From an uncultured bacterium (GTDB lineage: Bacteria > Poribacteria > WGA-4E > JAJDTR01): DNA of 64,000 nucleotides. The notes under the pieces are model-generated. The model saw nothing but the letters and a program-made list of their open reading frames with translations. It was not told where the DNA came from and ran no database searches. Shown one piece after another: positions 10,451 to 21,103 of this stretch; the first letter of the stretch is position 1, and the number at the start of each line of letters is the position of its first letter. The DNA lies in the NCBI GenBank assembly GCA_964478165.1, contig CAYZGU010000007.1:33290-97289 (forward strand), in the 5' to 3' direction. Made by a program: the position numbers and the translations under genes.

Positions 10451-10654
10451 ATGGCACACCCAAAGCGTCGAACTTCAAAATCCAAGAAAAGAATGAGGAG
10501 GAGTCACCACGGGCTGCAGGGGTTCCCATTCTTCAATTTTCCGACATGTCCAAACTGTGCAGAGACGGTTGTACCCCATCGGATGTGTCCGCATTGTGGC
10601 TACTATAAAGGTCGATCAATAGTTGAGCAATCGGTCGAGGAATCTCCAACATAA
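10451..10654 (+). CDS. rpmF: 50S ribosomal protein L32
   Basis: MAHPKRRTSKSKKRMRRSHH N-terminus and a CPNC...CPHCG zinc ribbon. The ORF-track start at 10343 is an upstream extension, and ATG 10451 gives the normal 67 aa. Confidence 0.9.
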   Translation: MAHPKRRTSKSKKRMRRSHHGLQGFPFFNFPTCPNCAETVVPHRMCPHCGYYKGRSIVEQSVEESPT

Positions 10655-10825
10655 GTGGAGAATAGAGGCGAATCTCACCGTGGTTCACGTAACAGAAACC
10701 TTATGGGAATTTTGTGCTAGTGTTTTACAGACAACACGTGAAATCGGTGTGGCCCCGGCCGTAGTATCCGCATTCTAATTGTCTATGAGCAACGAACTAC
10801 AAAAACAACCCAAGGAACCAGCATA

Positions 10826-11815
10826 ATGGCTCGATATGCAGCAATCGCGGGAACCGGCTCATATGTCCCAGAAACAGTATTGACCAATCTCGATCTCGAA
10901 AAGATGGTCGATACGAGTGACGAATGGATTAGGAAACGAACCGGCATTGTTGAGCGGCGTATCGCTGGTGACGACATGGCTACTTCCGATCTAGCCGTGA
11001 GGGCTGCCCTGCAGGCCATGAAAATGGCTGAAACCGATCCCTTGGACATTGACATGATTATCGTCGGGACCGTCACTCCGGATACGTTATTCCCTGCGAC
11101 GAGTTGCTACGTCCAGAAAGGCATCGGTGCCAAGAACGCGTGCGCTTTCGACATTTCCGCAGCATGCGCTGGTTTTCTTTATGGACTTGATCTCGCCGAT
11201 GGTATGATTAAATCGGGGCGTTACGAAACTATCTTGGTTATCGGCGGAGAGGTTTTCAATAAGATTCTTGATTGGACGGATCGAGGTACTTGTGTGCTTT
11301 TTGGTGATGGTGCAGGGGCTGCGGTTTTGCGTGGAACTGACGAGGTACGAGGTATAATGGCGTCGTACATTGGATCTGATGGTGATAACGCAGATATCAA
11401 TCTGCTCGGTTTGCCAGCCGGTGGGTCTCGTCTTCCCGCTACCCATGAAACCGTAGATCAAAAACTGCACTCTATAAAGATGAGTGGTCGTGAAGTTTTC
11501 AAACTTGGTGTACGTATCATGCCGGCAGCAGCGCAGCGCGTTCTAGAGCAGGAGGGGCTGACCATTGATGATATCGATCTTCTGATTCCGCACCAGGCGA
11601 ATCTACGAATTATTGAAGCTGTTGGAGACCGTCTAGGCATTTCTCGTGATAAAGTATACACGAACGTTGACAAATACGGAAACACCTCCGCGGCAACAGT
11701 AATTATTGCGCTTGACGAAGCCATCCGCGAAGGACGGGCAAAGCCAGGAGATGTAATCCTTCTAGTGACATTTGGAGCGGGGCTAACATGGGGTAGCACC
11801 CTGCTACGTTTGTAA
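10826..11815 (+). CDS. fabH: 3-oxoacyl-ACP synthase III
   Basis: Catalytic Cys in DISAACAGF, His in IPHQANLRI, Asn in YGNTSAAT. Located in the fab operon. Confidence 0.9.
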   Translation: MARYAAIAGTGSYVPETVLTNLDLEKMVDTSDEWIRKRTGIVERRIAGDDMATSDLAVRAALQAMKMAETDPLDIDMIIVGTVTPDTLFPATSCYVQKGIGAKNACAFDISAACAGFLYGLDLADGMIKSGRYETILVIGGEVFNKILDWTDRGTCVLFGDGAGAAVLRGTDEVRGIMASYIGSDGDNADINLLGLPAGGSRLPATHETVDQKLHSIKMSGREVFKLGVRIMPAAAQRVLEQEGLTIDDIDLLIPHQANLRIIEAVGDRLGISRDKVYTNVDKYGNTSAATVIIALDEAIREGRAKPGDVILLVTFGAGLTWGSTLLRL

Positions 11816-11891
11816 GAGTCCGCGACGTGGGGCCTAATGGCACAATCTCTATTTGGAAAAAAACGAATTTTCCCCTAGGTCTATCTCTAAA

Positions 11892-12842
11892 ATGACGGAG
11901 CTTGCTTTTATCTTTCCAGGCCAAGGATCTCAACAAGTAGGGATGGGCCTGGAACTGGCTCAAGCGTATCCTATAGCACGCGCTACTTTTGATGAGGCAG
12001 ATGAAGTGCTAGGCCGGAGTCTGAGTCAACTGTGTTTTGATGGCCCTGAGGAAGCTCTTCGGCAGACCGAAAACACTCAACTGGCCGTCTTGACCTGTAG
12101 CGTCGCGGCGCTGCGCCTGGTGTGCGAATGGGAACTCGCTCCACGCGTTGTAGCGGGACATAGCTTGGGTGAGTACTCGGCGCTTGTGGCTGCCAAGGTA
12201 CTTGATTTTCCTGATGCATTGAAACTTGTTCAACATCGATCGCGTTTCATGGCTGAGGCGTCGGGACGCCAAGATTGTGCAATGGCGGCTATTCTCGGAC
12301 TTGACGAGAACATACTCAAAGGCTTCTGCGAGGATGCTCAGTCGGTCGGAGTCGTGCAAATTGCAAACTACAACTGTCCGGGACAACTAATTGTCTCGGG
12401 TGATGCTGCTGCGGTTGAACAGGTTGTTGAAAGTGCGAAGGGGGAGATTGGTTCGAAACGGTGCCGTCGGCTTCCTGTAAGCGGCGCATTTCATTCTTCA
12501 TTGATGGAACCGGCCCGGATTCAGCTCCGATCTGTGATTGGGGAGTTTAATTTTGGAACGCCCGAGACAGAGTTCGTTGCGAATCTAACGGGTGACTTTG
12601 TGTCTGCGCCTGAGGAGATACGCGAATTATTGATTAATCAGGTTGTGGCCGCTGTTCAGTGGGAAAAATCGATTCGCGTCATTAGTGACGCTGGCGTCTC
12701 GCATTTTGTGGAGATTGGGCCTGGGAGTCTCTTGTGCGGGATGATACGCCGCATACTTGGAGATGCCATCTGTGAAAGTGTCGAGGATGTAGGAACTCTC
12801 GAGAAAACCATAAAATCATTGAATACTAATCTAGTGCCATGA
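11892..12842 (+). CDS. fabD: Malonyl-CoA:ACP transacylase
   Basis: FIFPGQGSQ and GHSLGEYSA active-site motifs. ATG at 11892 is preferred over the TTG extension at 11853. Confidence 0.9.
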   Translation: MTELAFIFPGQGSQQVGMGLELAQAYPIARATFDEADEVLGRSLSQLCFDGPEEALRQTENTQLAVLTCSVAALRLVCEWELAPRVVAGHSLGEYSALVAAKVLDFPDALKLVQHRSRFMAEASGRQDCAMAAILGLDENILKGFCEDAQSVGVVQIANYNCPGQLIVSGDAAAVEQVVESAKGEIGSKRCRRLPVSGAFHSSLMEPARIQLRSVIGEFNFGTPETEFVANLTGDFVSAPEEIRELLINQVVAAVQWEKSIRVISDAGVSHFVEIGPGSLLCGMIRRILGDAICESVEDVGTLEKTIKSLNTNLVP

Positions 12843-13579
12843 GACTCAGAAAACAAATTGCGATTGTTACGGGGGCTTCACGTGGGATTGGTGCTGCAAT
12901 TGCCCGGAAATTTTGCGAGGAAGGGGCAAGTGTAATGCTCTGTTCGCGGTCAGCAGACGGGGTGGCTGAGATTGCTGGAACGTTGGTAGCCGAAGGATAT
13001 ACCGCATCATCGATGCAGGCTGATGTGTCCAGAAAAGACGATGTGGAAGCTCTAGTGAATTTGACACTTAAGGAATTCTCGAGAATAGATATCTTAGTAA
13101 ATAATGCTGGAATTACACGAGATGCGCTGCTGATGAGGATGAAGGATGAGGACTGGGAAGCAGTCTTGCAGTCCAATCTTACAGGTACAATGTACTGTAC
13201 GCGTGCGGTGCTACGTACGATGATTCGTCAGAAAAGCGGAAGAATTATCAACCAGTCCTCTGTTGTTGGAGTATCGGGAAATGCCGGACAGGCCAATTAT
13301 GCCGCTTCCAAGGCCGGCATAATCGGATTCACAAAATCAGTGGCCCAAGAGGTTGGGCGTCGTGGCATTACTGTTAATGCAATCGTTCCCGGGTTTGTTA
13401 CAACAGATATGACCGCAGATTTATCGTCATCGGATAGGGAACGAATGCTCGGATTAATCCCACTGGGCTCATTCGGAATTCCTGAAGATGTGGCAGAATT
13501 GACCATGTTTTTGGCTTCTGGTGCAGCTCGATATATTACAGGTCAAGCCATTCATGTTGATGGCGGAATGGCGATGTAG
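12839..13579 (+). CDS. fabG: 3-oxoacyl-ACP reductase
   Basis: SDR motifs TGASRGIG, NNAG and YAASKAG. ATGA start/stop overlap with fabD. Confidence 0.9.
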   Translation: MRLRKQIAIVTGASRGIGAAIARKFCEEGASVMLCSRSADGVAEIAGTLVAEGYTASSMQADVSRKDDVEALVNLTLKEFSRIDILVNNAGITRDALLMRMKDEDWEAVLQSNLTGTMYCTRAVLRTMIRQKSGRIINQSSVVGVSGNAGQANYAASKAGIIGFTKSVAQEVGRRGITVNAIVPGFVTTDMTADLSSSDRERMLGLIPLGSFGIPEDVAELTMFLASGAARYITGQAIHVDGGMAM

Positions 13580-13665
13580 ATCCACAGTAGATGTTTGACT
13601 ATTGAAGGACGAAAAATCGAGTTTTATCTACTCTTAATAAACTACGAGGAGGTTAGATTAAGGCA

Positions 13666-13899
13666 ATGGCAGCAGACAAAGATAAAGTACTGGGCATTAT
13701 CGCGAGTCAGTTACAGATTGATGCCGACCAGGTGACGCCCGATGCGTCGTTCATGGATGACTTGGGCGCTGATTCTCTGGATACGGTGGAACTGATTATG
13801 GCGCTTGAAGAGGAATTCGACATTGAGATCCCTGACAGCGATGCTGAAAAAATAAGAACAGTCCAAGATGCTATAGATTATATGAACGCGCACGCTTAA
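13666..13899 (+). CDS. acpP: Acyl carrier protein
   Basis: 77 aa with the phosphopantetheine site [19 protein letters not shown] Shine-Dalgarno upstream. Confidence 0.95.
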   Translation: MAADKDKVLGIIASQLQIDADQVTPDASFMDDLGADSLDTVELIMALEEEFDIEIPDSDAEKIRTVQDAIDYMNAHA

Positions 13900-13985
13900 A
13901 AAAGCAGTGAATTCGTTCTTGGTGCACAGCCGTTTGAAGATGGAATGCTGAATTACCACTTGTTGATACGGGAAAGGTGTAGTCT

Positions 13986-15221
13986 GTGGAGCGAGCAGTT
14001 ATTACCGGACTAGGTGTTATAAGTCCTATTGGTAACTCAAAAGACGAATTTTGGGCATCGCTTGTAGCGGGTAAGAATGGAATAGAGCGAGTAACCTATT
14101 TTAATCTAGATGACTTCCGTACGCAGATTGGGGGAGAGGTCAAAGGCTTTGATCCGAAAGCATTTCTTCCACCCAAGGCTGCAGCGCGGTTCCCTTCAGT
14201 AATCCAGTACGCACTTGCTGCGGCGATTATGGCGGAACGAGATGCCCGAATTGATTTGTCTGAGACGGATCCTTACCGCGCTGGCGTTGGCGTGGGGTCA
14301 GGTATTGGCGGTATCAGTGTTCTTGAGGAAAATGCGCGCGTCCTAATGGAAAAAGGTCCCAAACGAGTGAGCCCTTTCTTTGTGCCTTATGAAATCATAA
14401 ATATGGCTGCGGGGCAAATTTCCATTCACCTAAAACTAAAGGGTCCCAACTTTGCATCGGTGACGGCTTGTGCAACTTCGAATAATTCCATTGGAGAAGC
14501 GTTCCGGTTGATTCAACGCGGAGTTGTGGATGTCATGTTCTCCGGGGGAACTGAAGCGGCTATCACACCTCTGAGCTATGCAGGTTTTTGTAAGATGCGC
14601 GCGATGTCAACGCGCAACGACGATCCGAAACATGCAAGTCGTCCGTTTGATAAGGAACGTGACGGTTTTGTTATGGGCGAGGGTGCAGGAGTTTTAGTTC
14701 TGGAGTCTCTGACCCATGCTCTGAATCGAAATGCACATATTTATGCTGAAATTGTTGGCTATGGCATGAGCTCTGATGCGCACGATATGGTGCATCCGGC
14801 TGAAGACGGGGAGGGAGCTGCGAAGGCAATGGAGTTTGCTTTGCAGGACGCCGAAATCTCTCTAGAAGAGGTTGATTACATCAATGCGCACGGTACGTCG
14901 ACGCCGGCGGGTGATGTTGCTGAAACAACTGCCATCAAAAGCTTGTTTGGTTCCCATGCGCAACGAATTGCCGTGAGTTCGACTAAGTCGATGACCGGAC
15001 ATCTGCTTGGTGCTGCTGGTGCTGTTGAGCTAATTGCTAGTGTGTGTGCACTCGAAAACAATTACATTCCGCCTACGATAAACCAACAATGTCCTGACCC
15101 TTTGTGCGACTTAGATTATGTTCCTAATGAAGGGCGGCCTGCCGATCTTCAAGTTGCGCTATCAAATGCTTTTGGCTTTGGTGGGCATAACACCTCAATT
15201 GCCATCCGAAAATTCCGGTGA
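13986..15221 (+). CDS. fabF: 3-oxoacyl-ACP synthase II
   Basis: Cys in ACATSN, His in NAHGTSTP, and [11 protein letters not shown] start. Confidence 0.9.
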   Translation: MERAVITGLGVISPIGNSKDEFWASLVAGKNGIERVTYFNLDDFRTQIGGEVKGFDPKAFLPPKAAARFPSVIQYALAAAIMAERDARIDLSETDPYRAGVGVGSGIGGISVLEENARVLMEKGPKRVSPFFVPYEIINMAAGQISIHLKLKGPNFASVTACATSNNSIGEAFRLIQRGVVDVMFSGGTEAAITPLSYAGFCKMRAMSTRNDDPKHASRPFDKERDGFVMGEGAGVLVLESLTHALNRNAHIYAEIVGYGMSSDAHDMVHPAEDGEGAAKAMEFALQDAEISLEEVDYINAHGTSTPAGDVAETTAIKSLFGSHAQRIAVSSTKSMTGHLLGAAGAVELIASVCALENNYIPPTINQQCPDPLCDLDYVPNEGRPADLQVALSNAFGFGGHNTSIAIRKFR

Positions 15222-15368
15222 ACTTGATACTAAACTTTTAATCTACAAAAAACCTCATCTGCGGACTGCCTTTTCTCCAATCATTATTTGCGGTTCCTTC
15301 CGCATTTTCCCATTGTTCTATCAACTCAATCTTTTCTGAGGGTACGCTTTACGCTTCCAATTCATGTG

Positions 15369-15896
15369 ATGCCATACGCATACATCGGTTTCGGATCGAA
15401 TATCGGCGATCGTCGTGCGCATATTGGTCAAGCCATCTGCTGCCTGTCAGAGGCAGAAAGCACGTCGTTGCTTCAGGTTTCGTCTATTTACGAGACTCAG
15501 CCAATCGGGTATGATGAACAAGATTGGTTCCTAAATGGTGTCATCGAAGTTGAAACCAACCTGTCACCAGAACAGTTATTAGGTTTCTTAAAAAGAGTGG
15601 AAGTACAAGTTGGGCGACGCGCACGGATACGTTGGGGCCCACGCGAGATCGATCTGGATCTTCTCATCTATAATCAGCTTTGTATCAACACTTCAACACT
15701 GATGGTTCCTCACCGCGACATGCACAAACGCCGATTTGTGCTCGTTCCTTTCGAGGAAATTGCGCCAAATACCTTGCACCCCGTTTTTCGAGAAACAATC
15801 CAAACTTTGCTCCGTCAGCTGGTCGATGACAAGTTGGTTCGAAAAATTGCCCCGTCTCCACTACGTGAAACAAAGGAACGAACCAATGGCATATAA
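15369..15896 (+). CDS. folK: 2-amino-4-hydroxy-6-hydroxymethyldihydropteridine diphosphokinase (HPPK)
   Basis: YIGFGSNIGDR N-terminus, WGPREIDLDLL, PHRDMHKRRFVLVP. ATG 15369 is preferred over the upstream extension from 15288. Confidence 0.8.
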   Translation: MPYAYIGFGSNIGDRRAHIGQAICCLSEAESTSLLQVSSIYETQPIGYDEQDWFLNGVIEVETNLSPEQLLGFLKRVEVQVGRRARIRWGPREIDLDLLIYNQLCINTSTLMVPHRDMHKRRFVLVPFEEIAPNTLHPVFRETIQTLLRQLVDDKLVRKIAPSPLRETKERTNGI

Positions 15897-17562
15897 TCCT
15901 CAGAATCCGCTGATTGTTCAGAGTGATCGTAGTATTCTCGTAGAAGTTGACAGCCCATATTACGCATCTGCGCGTGATGAACTGGCGCGATTTGCAGAAT
16001 TGGAGAAGAGCCCTGAGTATGTCCACACTTATCGCATCACTACTCTGTCGTTGTGGAATGCAGCTGCTTCGGGAATGCGACCGGAGGACATCGTCGCTTC
16101 ACTGAAACGATACACAAAGTACGATCTGCCGCAGAATATCATCACGGAGATTGGGGATTATGTATCCCGTTATGGTCGGATTAAATTGATAGATCAGGGT
16201 TCAGGATTGGTGTTAACTGCGGATGAACCAGCACTCATTACTGAGATTAAGCATAGTGCGTCTGTAAAAAGCCTCTTGGGTGACCAACTCGATCCCCATT
16301 CCATCTGTGTTCCAAGTCACCTCCGCGGGCATCTCAAACAGGCCTTAATCAAAATTGGTTTTCCTGTAGAAGATCTTGCGGGTTACGTCAGCGGAAAAGA
16401 ACTTGAGATAATGCCGCGTTCAGTCGCTCAATCTGGAATTCCATTTAATCTCCGTGACTATCAGGACGAGGCCGTGAATGTTTTCTACGCAGGAGGCGAT
16501 ACGCGAGGTGGCAGCGGTGTGATTGTATTACCGTGTGGCGCGGGTAAAACCATTGTTGGGCTCGGAAGCATGTTCAGAACCAAGTGTTATACACTAATTC
16601 TTTCAACCACCACAATCGCGGTACGCCAATGGATTGACGAGCTGCTCGACAAAACGACCATTTCCCCCGACGATGTTGGTGAGTATACTGGAGATCGGAA
16701 GGAAATTCGCCCCATCACCGTGACGAACTATCAGATTCTCACCTATCGCAAAAGCAAGGCTCAGAATTTTGTGCATCTTGGCCTGTTCTCAGAGATGGAT
16801 TGGGGTCTAATTATCTATGATGAAGTCCACCTTTTGCCGGCACCCGTTTTCCGAATGACGGCCGAGATTCAGGCACGGCGGCGGCTTGGTCTGACCGCGA
16901 CGCTTGTCCGCGAAGATGGTCGAGAAGCAGATGTTTTTAGCTTGATTGGACCGAAGAAATACGATGTTCCCTGGAGAGAATTGGAGGCAAAGGGCTGGAT
17001 TGCTACGGCTGAGTGTACTGAGATTCGCGTTTCTCTGCCAGAGCACTTGCGTATGGAGTATGCGGTTGCCAATGCCAGGCAGAAATTTCGTGTTGCTTCT
17101 GAGAATCCGAGTAAGTTTCAGATTGTACACGAACTCATCGAACAGCATAGAAGTGAACAGGTTCTGGTTATTGGACAATACATCGGACAACTAAAAAAAA
17201 TCTCCGCCGAGTTGAATGCACCGTTAATTGTAGGAAAAACAACCAATCGGGAACGTGCTACGCTCTATGAGCAATTTCGCGAAGGGCATATCAAGCTTCT
17301 GGTTGTTTCTAAGGTTGCAAATTTCGCTATCGATCTTCCTGATGCCAGCGTAGCAATACAGATTTCTGGTACGTTCGGCTCACGTCAGGAGGAAGCTCAG
17401 CGTCTTGGGCGCATTCTCCGGCCTAAACGGGACGGATTAATCGCACGCTTCTACTCAATCGTTACACGTGAATCGCGCGATGAGGAGTTCGCCATCAATC
17501 GGCAACTGTTTTTGACAGAGCAAGGTTATCGCTATACGATTCGTTATGCCGACGAGCTTTGA
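15886..17562 (+). CDS. XPB/Ssl2 (ERCC3)-type SF2 DNA helicase
   Basis: N-terminus PLIVQSDRSILVEV...YRITTLSLWNAAASG (XPB damage-recognition-like domain), Walker A LPCGAGKT, DEVH box IYDEVH, XPB-specific RED motif in TATLVREDGRE, and a second RecA-like domain. ATG 15886 overlaps the folK 3' end by 11 nt. Confidence 0.8.
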   Translation: MAYNPQNPLIVQSDRSILVEVDSPYYASARDELARFAELEKSPEYVHTYRITTLSLWNAAASGMRPEDIVASLKRYTKYDLPQNIITEIGDYVSRYGRIKLIDQGSGLVLTADEPALITEIKHSASVKSLLGDQLDPHSICVPSHLRGHLKQALIKIGFPVEDLAGYVSGKELEIMPRSVAQSGIPFNLRDYQDEAVNVFYAGGDTRGGSGVIVLPCGAGKTIVGLGSMFRTKCYTLILSTTTIAVRQWIDELLDKTTISPDDVGEYTGDRKEIRPITVTNYQILTYRKSKAQNFVHLGLFSEMDWGLIIYDEVHLLPAPVFRMTAEIQARRRLGLTATLVREDGREADVFSLIGPKKYDVPWRELEAKGWIATAECTEIRVSLPEHLRMEYAVANARQKFRVASENPSKFQIVHELIEQHRSEQVLVIGQYIGQLKKISAELNAPLIVGKTTNRERATLYEQFREGHIKLLVVSKVANFAIDLPDASVAIQISGTFGSRQEEAQRLGRILRPKRDGLIARFYSIVTRESRDEEFAINRQLFLTEQGYRYTIRYADEL

Positions 17563-17884
17563 GAATGTCTAGAAAGATGTGCTACAATCCAGTTTCTGAT
17601 TCTAGGCTAGTTATCGATTTTTCCCTTGATGCGGAAGTGTTGATGGAACTGCTAATTTCCCAAACTCATCCGGTCTAGTGAGGCTTTGTGATTGATGTTA
17701 ATTTAGTATTTCTGGTATACTGACTTTGTTTCTTGTGCGTGTGTTTTGTGTAGTTTCGAAGCTTTGGATTAGGCACATGATGTTTAGGAGCGACATAGAG
17801 GCGCGGGGTTTCGCTTTTCAACACGGTCTTGCCTATCCATGTGCTTTGTTAGAATAACTAACTGTGGAGAAATGTGAGGGCTGA

Positions 17885-18853
17885 ATGAGCCTGACAAAGA
17901 CGGAAGTTAATCAGTTTGAAGATGAAGGTTATGTTGTAAGGCCCGGAGTTTATTCGCAGAAGGACATGCGGCCGATGAAGGATGCCCTCACCGCGATTGT
18001 CCACAAAGAGGCTCTGGCCTTGAAAGATGCAGGAACATTAGATGAGATTTACGAAAATCAACCGTTTCAAACTCGCCTAGCTCGTATTCGGTATGCCAAT
18101 CCTGAAGCCTGTCAAATTATCTACCGGTGCATCATGGGTAAAGGTGGCGGCGGCTACAGCGGGAGAGCAATGTTACCATTTCTCCGACATCGACCTCTGA
18201 TCTCTTGCGTTGAAAGCCTTATAGGGCCTGACATTATCGGTTCTTCAATCTATCGTATCCGCCCGAAGTTGCCGCAGTGGTCCCACGGAGAAGTTCCGTG
18301 GCATCAGGACTCTGGCTATCTCCTTCCGCACTGCGACAGATATCTGATAGTAACCTGTTGGATTCCTCTGGTCGATGCAAACCTCGGAAACGGTTGTCTC
18401 TACGTGTTGCCCGGACTTCACAAAGTGGGAGTTATGCGCCATTATACTGGCGGACACTCGGGGTATCTAGAGGTGCCGAGAGAAGTAATGCCGTCGTCTG
18501 AACCAATTCCCATTGAGATGGAGGCCGGAAGCGTCCTCTTTATGACGAACCTTACGCCGCACGCATCCTTCGAGAACACTACCGCTGAGGTTCGCTGGAG
18601 TCTAGATCTCCGGTATCAGGGGATGGATGCGCCGAACAATGTCAATGAAGAACCCGAGTCGTATACGCCCGAACGTGAACCAGTGACCATGGCCTGCGCG
18701 CCTACCGAAGCGGATTTCGTGATTCGAGATACAAAGGCCCCGGAACGGGAGGTGAAAACAGCGAAGAGGTTTAACGAGATTAGGGAGAAATATGAGCAGA
18801 CTCGCCCTTACAAACCCGGTCGTGGTTGGACACCGTTTTCGGAACGAAAGTGA
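17885..18853 (+). CDS. PhyH family Fe(II)/2-oxoglutarate dioxygenase
   Basis: FEDEGYVV N-terminus, VPWHQDSGY (HxD), distal His in LTPHASFEN, Arg in VRWSLDLRY. Confidence 0.8.
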   Translation: MSLTKTEVNQFEDEGYVVRPGVYSQKDMRPMKDALTAIVHKEALALKDAGTLDEIYENQPFQTRLARIRYANPEACQIIYRCIMGKGGGGYSGRAMLPFLRHRPLISCVESLIGPDIIGSSIYRIRPKLPQWSHGEVPWHQDSGYLLPHCDRYLIVTCWIPLVDANLGNGCLYVLPGLHKVGVMRHYTGGHSGYLEVPREVMPSSEPIPIEMEAGSVLFMTNLTPHASFENTTAEVRWSLDLRYQGMDAPNNVNEEPESYTPEREPVTMACAPTEADFVIRDTKAPEREVKTAKRFNEIREKYEQTRPYKPGRGWTPFSERK

Positions 18854-19951
18854 TTGCACCGGCCATTTGTATCGTGGACTGCCATTTTGAAGATGGCATT
18901 ACATAGCATGGGGAATTCTACTGACAGACAATTATTGAATTAACTGGATCGCTAGTTCGAATCGGTGTTTCTTCCACGGGCATGCACTAGTCCGTACTTT
19001 TCATAGACGGGTTCACAAGGAGTGGAGCGGACCCGCTACTCGTTTGTCCCAGTCAGAGAATGCGAGTACTGTGATACGTTATCACAAACCGAGACTGGTA
19101 TGCTGAAGGAGCATAGATTGAGCCGCCTGGGGACTGCCAACGTGATTCGCTGCAATGCGAGATGGGATCTCTGTCTCGAAGGGCTCCGGGAGAGAGTTGA
19201 TAGCAAATGCTTCGAAATCCAATCGTGCGGGCTTTCTGATGCGGCCTAGTAATCTGAGACGATAGGGGTGAACCCGGATTGGTGTCGACGAAAGATTCGA
19301 ATATTTTCGAAACAGAGATGGATTACATGATAGATGCCTCAATTGTCGAAGGTGAGGTTGTGTCGTCAGCGACTGGTTCTTCTAGAAGCAAGACGGTGTG
19401 TGCATACCTTATTATGATGATTTGAGGATGGGCACTTATGTTGGCCGAATGGATTGGGACGAGAGTGTTTACGAGTTTCTCGAGGATGACGAATGTCTGT
19501 TATTCCACTCGTTGTCCGGTGATTTCGGTATTACTGCATCGAAAGAGTTTGGGATTTGGGCGTGTCACCAAATGATGACCTCTGAACAGGTAGTATGGAA
19601 ATGGTTGGTTGAGTGGCTATCTGCGGACTAGGGGCTGGATTTGTAATCTGCGCCGCGAGTGCGAAGATTCACCATGACTTAGGATTCGACTTCGAGAGGT
19701 GTTCATCCGCCTGCGATTGACGGAAAATCCTCACTGGCTGTCGCATGGAACAACAATATTATGCATGCGAGCCGTTTAGTTGTAGCGTAAAATCGCTTGT
19801 AATTCTGCATGATTTATCCGAGAAAGAATCGCTTTCTTCATATCGGGTGTTGAAGGAGTGGCTAGTTCCGTCTGGAAAGATGGCGTGATGGGAATCTGGA
19901 GAACGGGCGGTTTAAGCCGCGTTTGAGAAAACAATAACTGAAGGAGTTTCT

Positions 19952-21073
19952 ATGAAGTTTCAGGTTGGAGTGATTGGGGCAACTGGTTTTATCGGATCAG
20001 CGTATCGCAATGAGATACGCGAAGCGAAAGATGACGCAAAAATCGTTGCACTCTGTGCGCGAAACCGGCATCGGTTAGAAGCGGCAGCTGAGGAGGATAA
20101 CTGTGATTTTGTCACAGACGATTGGCGTCAAGTTGTTAATCATCCTGAGGTCAATTTCATTATCGTAACAACTCCGGACGCGTTGCACCGTGAAGCGGTC
20201 TTGGCCAGTGCAGAGAGCGGAAAACACCTGTTCTGCGATAAACCAATAGGGTTAAACGCGAATCAGGCATATGAAATGAGGCGGGCTTATCGAGATAAGG
20301 GATTAAGTCACTTTGTGCCATTTTGGGCTCGATGCGAGCCACTGTTTCTACGGGCTAAGGAAATTGTCGACGGGGGATTACTTGGTGAGATTAAGGCTAT
20401 AATGTATCGATGGCAAAACAACCGGCCTGCTGCCATGCCCTTTACTTGGCGAGACGATGCGACATTGTCAGCCGGAGGAAGCATTGCCGATGTGGGTTCA
20501 CATGCGTATGACGCTGTGCGGTGGATTGTCGGATCCGAAGCAAAGCGCGTGCTAGCTCATGCCGATATCATTACCCCTCCCAAACCAGACCTGGGTAGTG
20601 TCTACCTCAATGATGCGATCGAATGGGGGGGATCGCATACTGCAGCTGAAAGCGGCGCAAAGCGTAAAGGTACCACCTATGACTATGCAACGATTGCATG
20701 GGAATTCGAAAACGGAGCGCTCGGTTCGATTACACTCTCTCATGCTCCAATTCTGAGAAAAGGGTTTGCGCCCGAGCTTGAGCTACATGGAACGCAGGCC
20801 TCCCTGGCACTGGACCGAATTGCTAACACGGTTGCAATCATTTCTTCTGGGAATGATGTTCCTGAGGTTGAGAACGTTGATTCCGCTGGCCCCGGAAACC
20901 GATTTGCGAACTTTGTCTTCCCGTCCATGCGGCGTCACATCTCAGGCCAGTTGTCTGACCATCCAAGCTTAGAAGATGGCTGGCGTGTGCAGATTTTTAC
21001 AGATGCTGCGGCACTAGCGGCACAGCGTGGTACCTGGGTTGAGTTAGCAGAACTGGACCCAGAGTCAGCCTAG
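19952..21073 (+). CDS. Gfo/Idh/MocA family oxidoreductase
   Basis: ATG after GAAGGAG. Rossmann motif VGVIGATGFIGSAY, family-typical EKP-like motif CDKP, and a C-terminal alpha/beta domain. Confidence 0.85.
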   Translation: MKFQVGVIGATGFIGSAYRNEIREAKDDAKIVALCARNRHRLEAAAEEDNCDFVTDDWRQVVNHPEVNFIIVTTPDALHREAVLASAESGKHLFCDKPIGLNANQAYEMRRAYRDKGLSHFVPFWARCEPLFLRAKEIVDGGLLGEIKAIMYRWQNNRPAAMPFTWRDDATLSAGGSIADVGSHAYDAVRWIVGSEAKRVLAHADIITPPKPDLGSVYLNDAIEWGGSHTAAESGAKRKGTTYDYATIAWEFENGALGSITLSHAPILRKGFAPELELHGTQASLALDRIANTVAIISSGNDVPEVENVDSAGPGNRFANFVFPSMRRHISGQLSDHPSLEDGWRVQIFTDAAALAAQRGTWVELAELDPESA

Positions 21074-21103
21074 CACCCAATGAGACTATTTTGTGTTTGT
21101 GAG

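Noticed and set aside
12009-13176. Minus-strand ORFs of 116-125 aa within fabD and fabG.
   Set aside because: They are antisense to conserved fab genes and show no motifs.
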